Virus record (IMG/VR): IMGVR_UViG_3300020578_005505
From: a virus
Lineage: Duplodnaviria; Heunggongvirae; Uroviricota; Caudoviricetes
Strand: one strand, 5' to 3'
DNA length: 64,000 bases
Part shown: positions 36,870 to 46,279 of the stretch, piece by piece
Layout: the number at the start of each line of letters is the position of its first letter
Numbering within the stretch: position 1 is the stretch's first letter
Position numbers and translations under genes: made by a program
Notes under the pieces: model-generated
Told to the model about the DNA's origin: nothing
Seen by the model: only the letters and a program-made list of their open reading frames with translations
Database searches by the model: none

Positions 36870-38712
36870 AAGCCCCTCCTGCGCATGCTAACTCTCCCAT
36901 AAGATTTGTAGTATCAAAAAATTCTACTACCTTTGATAAGTCAATATCATTCAAACTCTTTATAAGTTCATCGTATTGTTCTTTTGAACAATCTTGAAAA
37001 GGTGCTTGTTTGTAGGTATGATCAGAAAATGGAAGTACTGATAATCCGTTGTAAAATTTGCGATTTTGCCACATCCACTTGCCTACTTCATCCCATTCGT
37101 TATCCTTAATTGAAACTGTTGCTGAGATATTATGAGTATTCTGTCCAGTTCTATGACCGGGTTTTATCCAGTGCTGATAGAAAAATTTAACTCTTTCTAG
37201 CAATTGCAAAGCCGATTCATGACGTAAGATAGATCCTTCAGGTGCTTTTTGAGGAACAGAAATTACTGCTGTATCGTGAGGACGAAAATACTCGTCTTCA
37301 ACAAGCTCTGGATGATAGATTGAAAGGTATGAGTAAATAGCTTCATTCTTACCTACACGAACCCTACGAATATAGTAATCATTGTGCCATGCATGAATAC
37401 CGCTTGATGTCCCTAGGGTTAAGGAAGAGGTACCGGAGGGTTTGATAGTAGTACATCTTGCAGCAGGATTAATACCGATCAGCTTAGCAACTCTTTCATT
37501 TTCTTCTTTTGTGACCTGAGCTGCTTGTTTGAGGTCTAATTTCAGTACCGCACCCGAACCTATCCCCGTCATACCTACTCCAATTAATGCGTCTTTTTCA
37601 GTCGTACGCTGCCATACAGGACGTAAGTAGTGAAAATTGGTGTAAGAAGTCTGCAGGGTACCTATAAATGCTGCTGCTTTAACTCTTTGGTTTAGATCTT
37701 CTTGATCATTAACGTCAGAAACGTTTACTTCGCATAAGTTACAAAACTGATAAGGACGCAAAGCGATTTCACAGCACGGGTTAGTTCCCCAATCTTTATC
37801 GTTGCTAAAATAAATCCCGGGCTCGCCAGCTCCCGATGCTTTAATTTTATCCCAGAGTGCTGTAAAAAACTCTTCAGTAACCTTGCTACGTAAAAGTACA
37901 GCAGAATTATTAGCGCGACCTCTTTGAGGATGGCGTTCCCACCATGCACCAGACTTGGCAGCAATCATGTCTTCATCGTCGGCGCTAAAAAGGCTAATTA
38001 AAGCAGCTCTACGGATACCCCCTGTTAGTACTGCATCTGCTATATGACATACAATATCGTGAACCTCGATAGGATTTAATTTTTCGTTATCCTCCTTGCT
38101 ATCTAAAACTCCTTGAATCTTAAGTAAACATTCTTTTAGAGGTTGAGGGCCAGGCGCTTTACCACCAGATGTAATTAATTGTGTGCCTTTAGGTCTTATA
38201 TCAGAAAAATCAAATACCGGTGTGGATCCGCCTTCGAAGTAAGTTCGCACTAATACCTTAACAGCATCAGCCCAACCTTCAATACTATCACCAATTAAAA
38301 AACGGCGATGTTTTTTAGGGTCAGGTTTTCTAATCTCAGGTAGTTTATCGACGTGATGTTTTTGTACAGAGTAGCCTACTCCAGTACCGCCAAGAAGTAA
38401 GAACATCGTTTCGCCAAAAGCACGCCAATCATCTATAGGTAAGTAAGCACAATTATATATACGATTAGGGCTAATTTCAATAGGCTTGCCAGCAAACTGC
38501 ATAGAGCGCATTGAAGGTAAAGCCTTTTTATTATAAACAAAAATGTAAGCATCTTCAATTTCCTTTTTTAACTTAGGAAATTTTTTTAAGTGCATTTGCT
38601 TATTTCTATCAACTAAATCACGCCAGGTCTCTCTTTTTTTTAGCTCTTGATTGAATTTCGCGTATTTCATATACACGGTAATGTCACTTAAGATACTCCG
38701 GGAAATATCCAT
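36856..38712 (-). CDS. Ribonucleotide reductase catalytic chain (likely class II adenosylcobalamin-dependent, monomeric)
   Basis: TNPCCEIALRPYQFCNLCEVNVS matches the RNR active-site signature NPCGE...CNLGS.NL. C-terminal Cys pair (ACAGGACEIV). No small-subunit gene nearby. Confidence 0.7.
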   Translation of the reverse strand: MDISRSILSDITVYMKYAKFNQELKKRETWRDLVDRNKQMHLKKFPKLKKEIEDAYIFVYNKKALPSMRSMQFAGKPIEISPNRIYNCAYLPIDDWRAFGETMFLLLGGTGVGYSVQKHHVDKLPEIRKPDPKKHRRFLIGDSIEGWADAVKVLVRTYFEGGSTPVFDFSDIRPKGTQLITSGGKAPGPQPLKECLLKIQGVLDSKEDNEKLNPIEVHDIVCHIADAVLTGGIRRAALISLFSADDEDMIAAKSGAWWERHPQRGRANNSAVLLRSKVTEEFFTALWDKIKASGAGEPGIYFSNDKDWGTNPCCEIALRPYQFCNLCEVNVSDVNDQEDLNQRVKAAAFIGTLQTSYTNFHYLRPVWQRTTEKDALIGVGMTGIGSGAVLKLDLKQAAQVTKEENERVAKLIGINPAARCTTIKPSGTSSLTLGTSSGIHAWHNDYYIRRVRVGKNEAIYSYLSIYHPELVEDEYFRPHDTAVISVPQKAPEGSILRHESALQLLERVKFFYQHWIKPGHRTGQNTHNISATVSIKDNEWDEVGKWMWQNRKFYNGLSVLPFSDHTYKQAPFQDCSKEQYDELIKSLNDIDLSKVVEFFDTTNLMGELACAGGACEIV

Positions 38713-38802
38713 TTTTTACTCTTTTTTTTTATAATTTTAAAGATAAGTAATTCTATCGGTTATCTTACGATACCGTCAAAATCGTAACTGTGATCATTAA
38801 TA

Positions 38803-39018
38803 CTAGCTCAAATTGGAATTAAGTCCTTTTTGAAATCTTTGGGCTTGATAGCTATCAGAAGCTTGCGGAGGGCGAAAGGTAGGATCGACCATATCTCTTT
38901 CTACTAGGTCGTTAGTACCGTTTCTTTCCATGTTAAATACAAACTGCTCATAAGTTGTCTGATTAGCAGGAGGTGCTAGGGGAGTTCTCTTTTCAACGTA
39001 TAATTCAGCAATATTCAT
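38803..39018 (-). CDS. Hypothetical protein
   Basis: 71 aa ORF. Confidence 0.25.
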   Translation of the reverse strand: MNIAELYVEKRTPLAPPANQTTYEQFVFNMERNGTNDLVERDMVDPTFRPPQASDSYQAQRFQKGLNSNLS

Positions 39019-39046
39019 AGTAATAACTTTTGTAATAATAAATAGC

Positions 39047-40420
39047 TTATTTCCCTAATTCAAAAAACCTTTGCTGTAAAAAATTTCGTTCTTCTGCACT
39101 AAATCTAGTAACAGGCTTCATAGGTACTGCAGCACCTTCCTGAACAAACTCTTCTTCGCCCATCTCACGTGATTGTATCTCGATATTCCCATTTTCAGTA
39201 TTAATTTTTACAGGATATGTCATACCGTCCCCTCCATAACGGTTTTTCATAATATGTGCTCTACCTGTACCGTTAACTTTATCTAACCTCTTCCTAGACA
39301 AGGACATCGCAAAGTCTGCAATCATTATTTTATTATAACTACCAGCAGCCTTATCTCCTTCTATTACATCATCTTTTGCGCCAGCTCGATTTACTTGAGA
39401 TACGGTCCAAACAGGAATCTTTAAATCTCTAGCCAAGGCTTTAGTTGAAACATAAATATCGTCTATTTCGTCTTTTCTCTCAACTGATTTTCTTTTTGAT
39501 TTCAAAAGATCAACATAGTCAATAATAATGAGATTAGGTCTGTTTCCTAGATCAGTAAGTTTCTGAATATGACTCTCAATAGTAGATATAGATGCTTTAC
39601 CCATAGTAAATTCTTTGATAATAAGTTTACCGGGCAGTTTGCTGACTGCTTCATCTACTTCTTTTCTATGTAAGTAAAGATCCTGAATTCTTATACCAGT
39701 AAATATAGAGTCATATCTTTTACCCATATATGTTTCTGAAAGTTCGAGAGTATAGTGAGCTACAGTCCCTCCGCTTGAAACTATCATTGCTCCTAAAGCT
39801 ACGAGCATCCAACTCTTACCCCCTCCGGGATTGCCGAATATAATACCTAAATCCCCTGAACCTAATCCGCCCTGTAGTAGCCCGTTTATATGCTCCCATG
39901 GAGTAGGTTGAGGGCTTCTCTCTTCCGTTCTATAACGAGTCTCAGCATCTTTTTCATACTCGTGGCCAATATTTTTATCTTGACCCGCCTTAAGGGCAGT
40001 ATCAATAAGGTAACGAATATCATCATATTGACCTTTTTCGAGTAATTCAACAGATGATAGTAATGCTTTTTTTAACTGCTGATTTTTGCAGAAGTTAGAA
40101 AATTCTTGCTCAACAAAATCTCTATCTTCGTTTGATGCTTTATAAGCCTCTTTTAATTGCTCAATTACAGATACTTTCAGTATTTCATTTTCAATTTTTT
40201 TTATTTCTACAGTTAATACATCTAGTGTTGGTGTAGTATGAAATTTATAATGGTATTTTAAAATTTCCTCTACAATCCATTTATGAGCTGGATTATCGAA
40301 ATAGTCTTCTTCGAGAATATCGAATATACTAAGCAGAAATTCTCTATGCTTAAGAAGACTAGATAGGACTTTTATTTGAAAGCTTACGCCGTACTGGTTC
40401 AGCTGATTTAAAACACTCAT
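39047..40420 (-). CDS. DnaB-like replicative DNA helicase
   Basis: Walker A GNPGGGKSWMLVALGA, Walker B IIIDYVDLL, and a DnaB N-terminal domain. Confidence 0.8.
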   Translation of the reverse strand: MSVLNQLNQYGVSFQIKVLSSLLKHREFLLSIFDILEEDYFDNPAHKWIVEEILKYHYKFHTTPTLDVLTVEIKKIENEILKVSVIEQLKEAYKASNEDRDFVEQEFSNFCKNQQLKKALLSSVELLEKGQYDDIRYLIDTALKAGQDKNIGHEYEKDAETRYRTEERSPQPTPWEHINGLLQGGLGSGDLGIIFGNPGGGKSWMLVALGAMIVSSGGTVAHYTLELSETYMGKRYDSIFTGIRIQDLYLHRKEVDEAVSKLPGKLIIKEFTMGKASISTIESHIQKLTDLGNRPNLIIIDYVDLLKSKRKSVERKDEIDDIYVSTKALARDLKIPVWTVSQVNRAGAKDDVIEGDKAAGSYNKIMIADFAMSLSRKRLDKVNGTGRAHIMKNRYGGDGMTYPVKINTENGNIEIQSREMGEEEFVQEGAAVPMKPVTRFSAEERNFLQQRFFELGK

Positions 40421-40439
40421 ATTCTAATATAACAATCTT

Positions 40440-41837
40440 TTATTGATCTTTTAACTTATATTGAATTAATTTTGCAAAAGTTTCATTAAGCCATAATTGA
40501 GGATTTAGCAATGTTTTTCCTAGCTGATCTTCTTTGTATAATCTTACAAAACAATTAGGGTCGAAATTATTTTTAGGATTTGCAACAATATTTTCAAGAG
40601 CTAACTTATCGGAATCGGGAATATTTGGATTCTCTAAGTCCATTAACTGTTTATTTATAAGAAGTTGATTTCTGAAGTTATAAATGTTAGCATACTTCTT
40701 ATCTTTTCCTTCGCACTCCTTTATCAGTTCCTCTATAGTAAATCTATCTTCAGTTGCAATCGCAGGAAATAATTTTATAAGGGTTTTTGCTGCTATACCT
40801 CTTACCCCAGGTACGTTATCTCCTTTATCCCCTACTATAATTTTATGGGTTAAAAAGTTATGGGGTGGTATACCGTAATCGGTCAGGACTTGATATGGGT
40901 TGTAAATAATTTTCTTTACTGGACTGAAAACAGTAACATCTTTCTTTACCAATTGGAGGTAATCTTGATCAGTCGATATAATAAATACTTTATCTTTAAA
41001 TTTCCCTGTTAAGAAGCCTATTACGTCGTCAGCTTCAATTTTATCTACGACTACGAGATCAACAGGGAGACATTTGAGATAATCAATTAGACGTACTATT
41101 TGAGCAGTTATCGATTCTGACTCCTCTTCTTGGTCGTCAAAAGCATCCCAATTAGAAATTTTTGTAATATGTCTATTAGCTTTATACTCTGGATAAAGAT
41201 ATCTCTTGTTAGTAGACCCCCCTTGTCCGTCAAACACTAAAATAACTCTTGTCGGATGCAATTGTTTTATCAGAGACCCTATAGATTTTAAAAATCCCCC
41301 TAAACCTCCGATATGTGCCCCGCTTAGATTGATATGACTAATAGCTGTAAAGCTACGAAGGAAAGTATTTAAAGAATCAACAATAAGTACTCTACTATTC
41401 TTATGTAACTCTACCGGCTCTTGCTTCTCCATCTGTTCAAAGATTTTCCTGTAGTCCATTTTTTTTTGTTTTGCGATTGGATTTGCAAGCCTGTCCGCTA
41501 TCCTTTCACGTATTATATGAATATCTTTTTCGGTAGGCGTATAACCGTTCATTAACTCTTGAGGTATACAGTCCCATGACTTTAAGTAATTCTGTACATT
41601 AAATCCTCTTGATATGCATTCGTTGTATAATTCAATATACCTCTCTTTTAAATGCCCTAATTTATCGTAGAAAAAAGATACATGACCTTTTCCTAAGCTA
41701 AATTCTTGAGGTATACTACTAAGATTAAATCTACCTTTAGCTACAACGTTCGGTATACGTTTTAACTCTCTATGTTCAGCAATAAGATGCTTATTTGTTA
41801 GTTCTTTAGGTGGTATACCTAAGTTTATTCTTGTCAC
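40440..41837 (-). CDS. 5'-3' exonuclease / flap endonuclease (RNase H-like, PIN domain) with an N-terminal extension
   Basis: VILVFDGQGGSTNKRYLYPEYKANR, the FEN/Pol I 5'-exo signature. 465 aa. Confidence 0.6.
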   Translation of the reverse strand: MTRINLGIPPKELTNKHLIAEHRELKRIPNVVAKGRFNLSSIPQEFSLGKGHVSFFYDKLGHLKERYIELYNECISRGFNVQNYLKSWDCIPQELMNGYTPTEKDIHIIRERIADRLANPIAKQKKMDYRKIFEQMEKQEPVELHKNSRVLIVDSLNTFLRSFTAISHINLSGAHIGGLGGFLKSIGSLIKQLHPTRVILVFDGQGGSTNKRYLYPEYKANRHITKISNWDAFDDQEEESESITAQIVRLIDYLKCLPVDLVVVDKIEADDVIGFLTGKFKDKVFIISTDQDYLQLVKKDVTVFSPVKKIIYNPYQVLTDYGIPPHNFLTHKIIVGDKGDNVPGVRGIAAKTLIKLFPAIATEDRFTIEELIKECEGKDKKYANIYNFRNQLLINKQLMDLENPNIPDSDKLALENIVANPKNNFDPNCFVRLYKEDQLGKTLLNPQLWLNETFAKLIQYKLKDQ

Positions 41838-41862
41838 AACTTTAATTCAAACCGAACATAAG

Positions 41863-42939
41863 CTATTCTTCAGTAGGATCAAAAACGTCTTTGTTATCTT
41901 CGTCAGTTTCAATAATTACATCGAAATCTTTAGAGCCAAGAGTTTTAAGCCAATCTTTTGAATATTGCTTCTTATAAGCATCAATTGCTTGTTTTGTATC
42001 ATCAATAAAGCCATGAGCAGTCATAATTACCCGTCCAGTAGATGTAACATCATTTACGTGATTCTTATCGCAACTTATTTTAGTACGTTTAGCAAATTCA
42101 ACGTCCTTTCCGTTCTTAGTTGCTTTAATCTTATTAGTTCCTGAATTAGTTACATTACCAAAAGTAATAATTAGAGAAGCATCAAAATACATTGTATCAC
42201 CGCCTTTATTTTTCATCTTAGGCTGGGCCATAATATTCTCAGCTTTAGCAACCCAGATTTTATTAACCGCAAGCATAGTATTAGTATAAGGTTGGCTTTG
42301 TTTGCGTGATAAAACAATCTTTTGATTGATAAAATTACCAAACTGCTGTGACATAGAACCTGCATTCCACTCATTATTATTTTTATTAGACTCGACTGAT
42401 AAACGGCAAGGAATAGATCCTACTGAATCCCAAAGAAACAGTAAGTTGTAGGGTAGATTACCTTTCTTTTGTTCATCAAGAAGATCTGCAATAAATGCTG
42501 CTACATCTTCGATAGTATTTAGTCTTTCTCTATCTATATAAATAAAAAACCCTTTGTAATCAGCAACCTCACCTTCCTCGTTAGGGACTTCTTCGAATAC
42601 AAGTCCCATTTGCTTAGCATGATCCCAATTCCATTTCATCTCAGTAATAATAAATACAGGTAAGATACCAGTCTTTTGAGCGCTAACTGCAGCTTCTAAA
42701 AGAGCAGTAGTCTTACCAGTATCTGAATGTCCACGTAGCAACGAGATATGCCCAACCGGAATACCGGGGATAGAAAGACAGTCTTGAAAAGCCTTTGATA
42801 AAGGAATCCAAGTTTGCTCTTTCATTTTTATTGAGGTACTTGAAAGATTTTTAGATTGAATAAACTTTTCTAAATTAAAAGTACCTTTAACAGCTCCCGC
42901 TATACTTTCGTTTAACGAGGCTTTAGCTAGTTTAACCAT
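41863..42939 (-). CDS. RecA/UvsX-like recombinase ATPase (putative)
   Basis: Walker A GHSDTGKTT and Walker B-like LLFLWDSVGS. Size and gene neighbourhood (SSB, helicase) are consistent. Confidence 0.45.
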   Translation of the reverse strand: MVKLAKASLNESIAGAVKGTFNLEKFIQSKNLSSTSIKMKEQTWIPLSKAFQDCLSIPGIPVGHISLLRGHSDTGKTTALLEAAVSAQKTGILPVFIITEMKWNWDHAKQMGLVFEEVPNEEGEVADYKGFFIYIDRERLNTIEDVAAFIADLLDEQKKGNLPYNLLFLWDSVGSIPCRLSVESNKNNNEWNAGSMSQQFGNFINQKIVLSRKQSQPYTNTMLAVNKIWVAKAENIMAQPKMKNKGGDTMYFDASLIITFGNVTNSGTNKIKATKNGKDVEFAKRTKISCDKNHVNDVTSTGRVIMTAHGFIDDTKQAIDAYKKQYSKDWLKTLGSKDFDVIIETDEDNKDVFDPTEE

Positions 42940-42945
42940 AAATAT

Positions 42946-43749
42946 TTACTTAAATAGATCATCGAATTCTTCGTCAATGCTAGGTTTAGCCTTTGGAGTA
43001 TTTAGAGAAAGAGAGCTTGGTTTTGCAGGAGGTGTAGCTTCCTGTTTAGCGGTAGGAGGAAGCTCTTCAGAGGTTTCTTCTGGATTCAACCATCCAAGTA
43101 GGGCTTCTTTCATATCTTCGTAGCTATACTTCCTGAAACTACTAAATAAATCCGGTTGATTTGCTAGCCACTTCTCTACCTCTTTTGAATCTTCAGATAG
43201 TGGTGTTGTTTTTGTACGTACTCGTACTTTCGATTGGTTAAAAGAAGTACCGTTAGTTTCAGGCCCGGTGGTTTCGATAGTTATATCGCGGCCTTGAATA
43301 ATGTCAGTAAAGTCTCCGATATCAGGATCATCAGCTAGACTTAATAATTCAGCATAAATTTGCTTGCCGAATTCCCAAAGGCGTACACCTTTTTCTTCTT
43401 CGCTGCGTACGATAACAGGAGTAAATACACGCATCTTTGGTTCTAATTTACGAGACATAATCCAGTTCTCTTTATCGCCGCTAGAAGCAAGCTGTTTGGA
43501 AAACTCTACAATAGGATCCTTTTCCCCGTAGTTAGTTAAGGCTAGCATTACCTTGTTTCCAATACCGTAATGGAACATTACCTCTTTAAAAGGATTTGAT
43601 TTATCCCATAAAGCCGGAACAATACGGACAACATGCTTACCTATTGACGGTTTCCATAAAATAAGAGACATATCTCTCTTTTGACCGCTTTGCCTTTGAT
43701 TTTGCAAGGCGGTTAGTTTAGACTTAATTGCGCCTAAATCCATACCCAT
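42946..43749 (-). CDS. gp32-like single-stranded DNA-binding protein
   Basis: ILWKPSIGKHVVRIVP...PFKEVMFHYGI and VRLWEFGKQIYAEL parallel T4 gp32 (KLKLDNAGNGQAVIRFLP...PFAILVNHGF; VFKYRFGKKIWDKI). Acidic C-terminal tail EEFDDLFK. Confidence 0.6.
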   Translation of the reverse strand: MGMDLGAIKSKLTALQNQRQSGQKRDMSLILWKPSIGKHVVRIVPALWDKSNPFKEVMFHYGIGNKVMLALTNYGEKDPIVEFSKQLASSGDKENWIMSRKLEPKMRVFTPVIVRSEEEKGVRLWEFGKQIYAELLSLADDPDIGDFTDIIQGRDITIETTGPETNGTSFNQSKVRVRTKTTPLSEDSKEVEKWLANQPDLFSSFRKYSYEDMKEALLGWLNPEETSEELPPTAKQEATPPAKPSSLSLNTPKAKPSIDEEFDDLFK

Positions 43750-43815
43750 AACTTATAGTTTTAATTAAAAATAGGTTTAAATGAGAATATAAGAAAAGGT
43801 CCTCAAACTAACAAC

Positions 43816-44235
43816 TTATAGATTGATTATTTTGTGAATCTTTGTGGAAAGCTTTTTAAGTTCGTCGCCTTGAGAAAGGAGGACAGTATTTCTGAAATCA
43901 TTCCAGTTTATTCTAAATGATATATCAAGTACACCTTCGTTAAGTGATTTTATAAGAAGATTAAGACTGTTAATAGTATATAACGTATTTGTCTCTTTCT
44001 TTCGATGTAAAAGAATTGTATTAGGTAAAACTTTTGTAGTGGAATTTTCAACTTCAATATTATAAGTACACAGAAGCTCTTCAGAATCATAAGATTCAAG
44101 CACAAAGATCTTACTGTACATTATTGAGTACTCTTTCTGGATTATAGCTAATGTATCTTCTAGCTTGTTTTTAGGAGAAAACGTACAAAATAACTTATTT
44201 TTCAATTGTTCCTGCGTTAATTCAATGTATGCCAT
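43816..44235 (-). CDS. Hypothetical protein
   Basis: 139 aa ORF in the replication module. Confidence 0.3.
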   Translation of the reverse strand: MAYIELTQEQLKNKLFCTFSPKNKLEDTLAIIQKEYSIMYSKIFVLESYDSEELLCTYNIEVENSTTKVLPNTILLHRKKETNTLYTINSLNLLIKSLNEGVLDISFRINWNDFRNTVLLSQGDELKKLSTKIHKIINL

Positions 44236-44256
44236 AATAAATATCTATAATTACTT

Positions 44257-45552
44257 CTAAAAGTTATAGTTGTATCCTTTTTGTGCTTTAACCCTATATC
44301 CATCTTGTTCTAGCACTTCTTTTATTTGCTTTAGAAATCCTTTTCCGTCCTCAGTTGAATAGTCAACAAGAATTGAGTCGTAAACTATTAAAATTACTTT
44401 GCTTTTTTTACCTTTGAATAATATACGTAAATCATTTAGCTTTTTTACGTTATTAACAGTTTCTAGGCATTGAACATAGTAATTAAAAAGTTTTTGCGGG
44501 TTAGCATTCTCTATCTTTAATTTTCTTTTATTTGGTAGTTCTAAAAAACTATTTCTTTTATATTTTACCCATACTGCTTCTAGTAACTGATCAACCTTAA
44601 AAAACAACTCTATATTTTTATATTTCTCTTCGATTCCGTTATAGAGTTGCCTGAAGGTTATTTTCTTAGATTCTTGGTACTCTTCAGGTGATAGTTCTTG
44701 CTTTCCGAAGTATTGCTTACCTAGTATTACATGTATAGATTCGTCAGAGGGAAGCGGTACGTTTAACATGTTAGCTATTAACCTTATGTGATAACCATCA
44801 AAATCAAATTCAATTAAGATATCATTTTGAGGTATAAAACTTGCTCTAGAACCATTTTCTTTATTTAAAGCAAGAAAATTAATTCCATTAAAAGCATTAG
44901 TAGGTCTAGAAGTAATATTATAAAGGTTGTAGCTTGTATAGATTCTATTATCTTTAAAAGATCTAGCCTTCCATGTAGGTTCAAAAAACTTATCAAATAC
45001 CCGTTCATTTACTGTTATACCTTGTTCTTCTACCCATTTATAGGCTTCGACATACTCATTTTGCCATTTCTGATCGTTTTCAGATCCTACATAGCTCTTA
45101 ACTGTTTCAAATATAGATTCACTCTTTTCATAATGCTTTGAAATAGGTATAAGAGTATTTACTTGCTCTTTATATTTAAACTTATTATAAAAGTCAAGAT
45201 GTACGGGTGTATTAAATTGGAGATCTTTTATTTCTCCTGCTTTATCTAGGATATTAAAATACAGATCTATTCCTTGCGGAATATGAAAAAAATAAGAATG
45301 CCATTTTTTATCTAGTAAATATACTTTTTTAATATCAAAAATTAAATTTTGTATATCGTCAAGACTTAAGGAAAACCCTTCAGAATGGTTTATAGGAAAA
45401 ATGTATCCTTTTTTAAAATCGTTATAATACAGGACGCATGGAGATGTTAGTAGTGGGTGGGTTTCTTCGGAAAGTGAAACTAGATCTATAAAACATTGAT
45501 TTGTTTTTGGAAGATGTTTTAATTGTTCTATAGTTTCGACTATATAGTACAT
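44257..45552 (-). CDS. Hypothetical replication-module protein
   Basis: 431 aa. No confident motif. FDFDGYHIR is only vaguely primase-like. Confidence 0.3.
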   Translation of the reverse strand: MYYIVETIEQLKHLPKTNQCFIDLVSLSEETHPLLTSPCVLYYNDFKKGYIFPINHSEGFSLSLDDIQNLIFDIKKVYLLDKKWHSYFFHIPQGIDLYFNILDKAGEIKDLQFNTPVHLDFYNKFKYKEQVNTLIPISKHYEKSESIFETVKSYVGSENDQKWQNEYVEAYKWVEEQGITVNERVFDKFFEPTWKARSFKDNRIYTSYNLYNITSRPTNAFNGINFLALNKENGSRASFIPQNDILIEFDFDGYHIRLIANMLNVPLPSDESIHVILGKQYFGKQELSPEEYQESKKITFRQLYNGIEEKYKNIELFFKVDQLLEAVWVKYKRNSFLELPNKRKLKIENANPQKLFNYYVQCLETVNNVKKLNDLRILFKGKKSKVILIVYDSILVDYSTEDGKGFLKQIKEVLEQDGYRVKAQKGYNYNF

Positions 45553-45608
45553 AACATTTATTTATAACCTTTATTAAAGGTAAATGAAAACAAGGTCTAA
45601 TTCAACTT

Positions 45609-46277
45609 TTAAGGAGTTATTTTTGCAAACTTCGTGTAATCTTCACCTATAAATTCAAGCAATCCGTTAAAGACTTTGTTTTTTGCTTCAGTAACCCGTT
45701 TATTAGTATTATATACTCCGCCCTTAATTTGATACTGAGATACTCTTGTATCTTTTAGCGGACCGGTTAATTGCCACAGCATATCTATACTTTCATAACC
45801 TAAAATATTTTCAACAGCAATATCACCGTTTTGTATTTTTGTCCAATTGATTTTTGATATTTCAAAAACATACCCGGGACCACTAACTGTCTTTGCAAAA
45901 TACCGTGTAAAATAACCACGTGCATAATCATCAGCTTGCGGATCAGGAAAATAAGATGTAAGCTCAGTAAGTACTAAACTACTTCCTTGGCTATTCTGTA
46001 TTCTTGACGCTGCATAAGGTCCTGATATTTCAAGATTCTGTCCTGATAAAAGGGATCTTTGGGAGGCTAGTAAAGATGCATCAGTTAGTTCGGGTTCATT
46101 GATAGGTGTTAGAGGTAAGTTTGCACCTAGTACTGGATTTATTCCTGTAAAAGATCTACCGTTATACAGTGTATAATATCTCCCTGTATACGGAGTTTTA
46201 TCAGGAAGCAAAAATTGATTACCTCTAGTGTATTTATTTTGCTGAATTGCTGCTAATGGATAATATCTTAGTGGCAT
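45609..46277 (-). CDS. Hypothetical protein (possibly virion-associated)
   Basis: 222 aa, adjacent to the large tail proteins. Confidence 0.3.
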   Translation of the reverse strand: MPLRYYPLAAIQQNKYTRGNQFLLPDKTPYTGRYYTLYNGRSFTGINPVLGANLPLTPINEPELTDASLLASQRSLLSGQNLEISGPYAASRIQNSQGSSLVLTELTSYFPDPQADDYARGYFTRYFAKTVSGPGYVFEISKINWTKIQNGDIAVENILGYESIDMLWQLTGPLKDTRVSQYQIKGGVYNTNKRVTEAKNKVFNGLLEFIGEDYTKFAKITP

Positions 46278-46279
46278 AT

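Noticed and set aside
37725-37964. 79-aa minus-strand ORF inside the RNR gene in another frame
   Set aside because: It is nested in the ribonucleotide reductase CDS, which has strong motif support.
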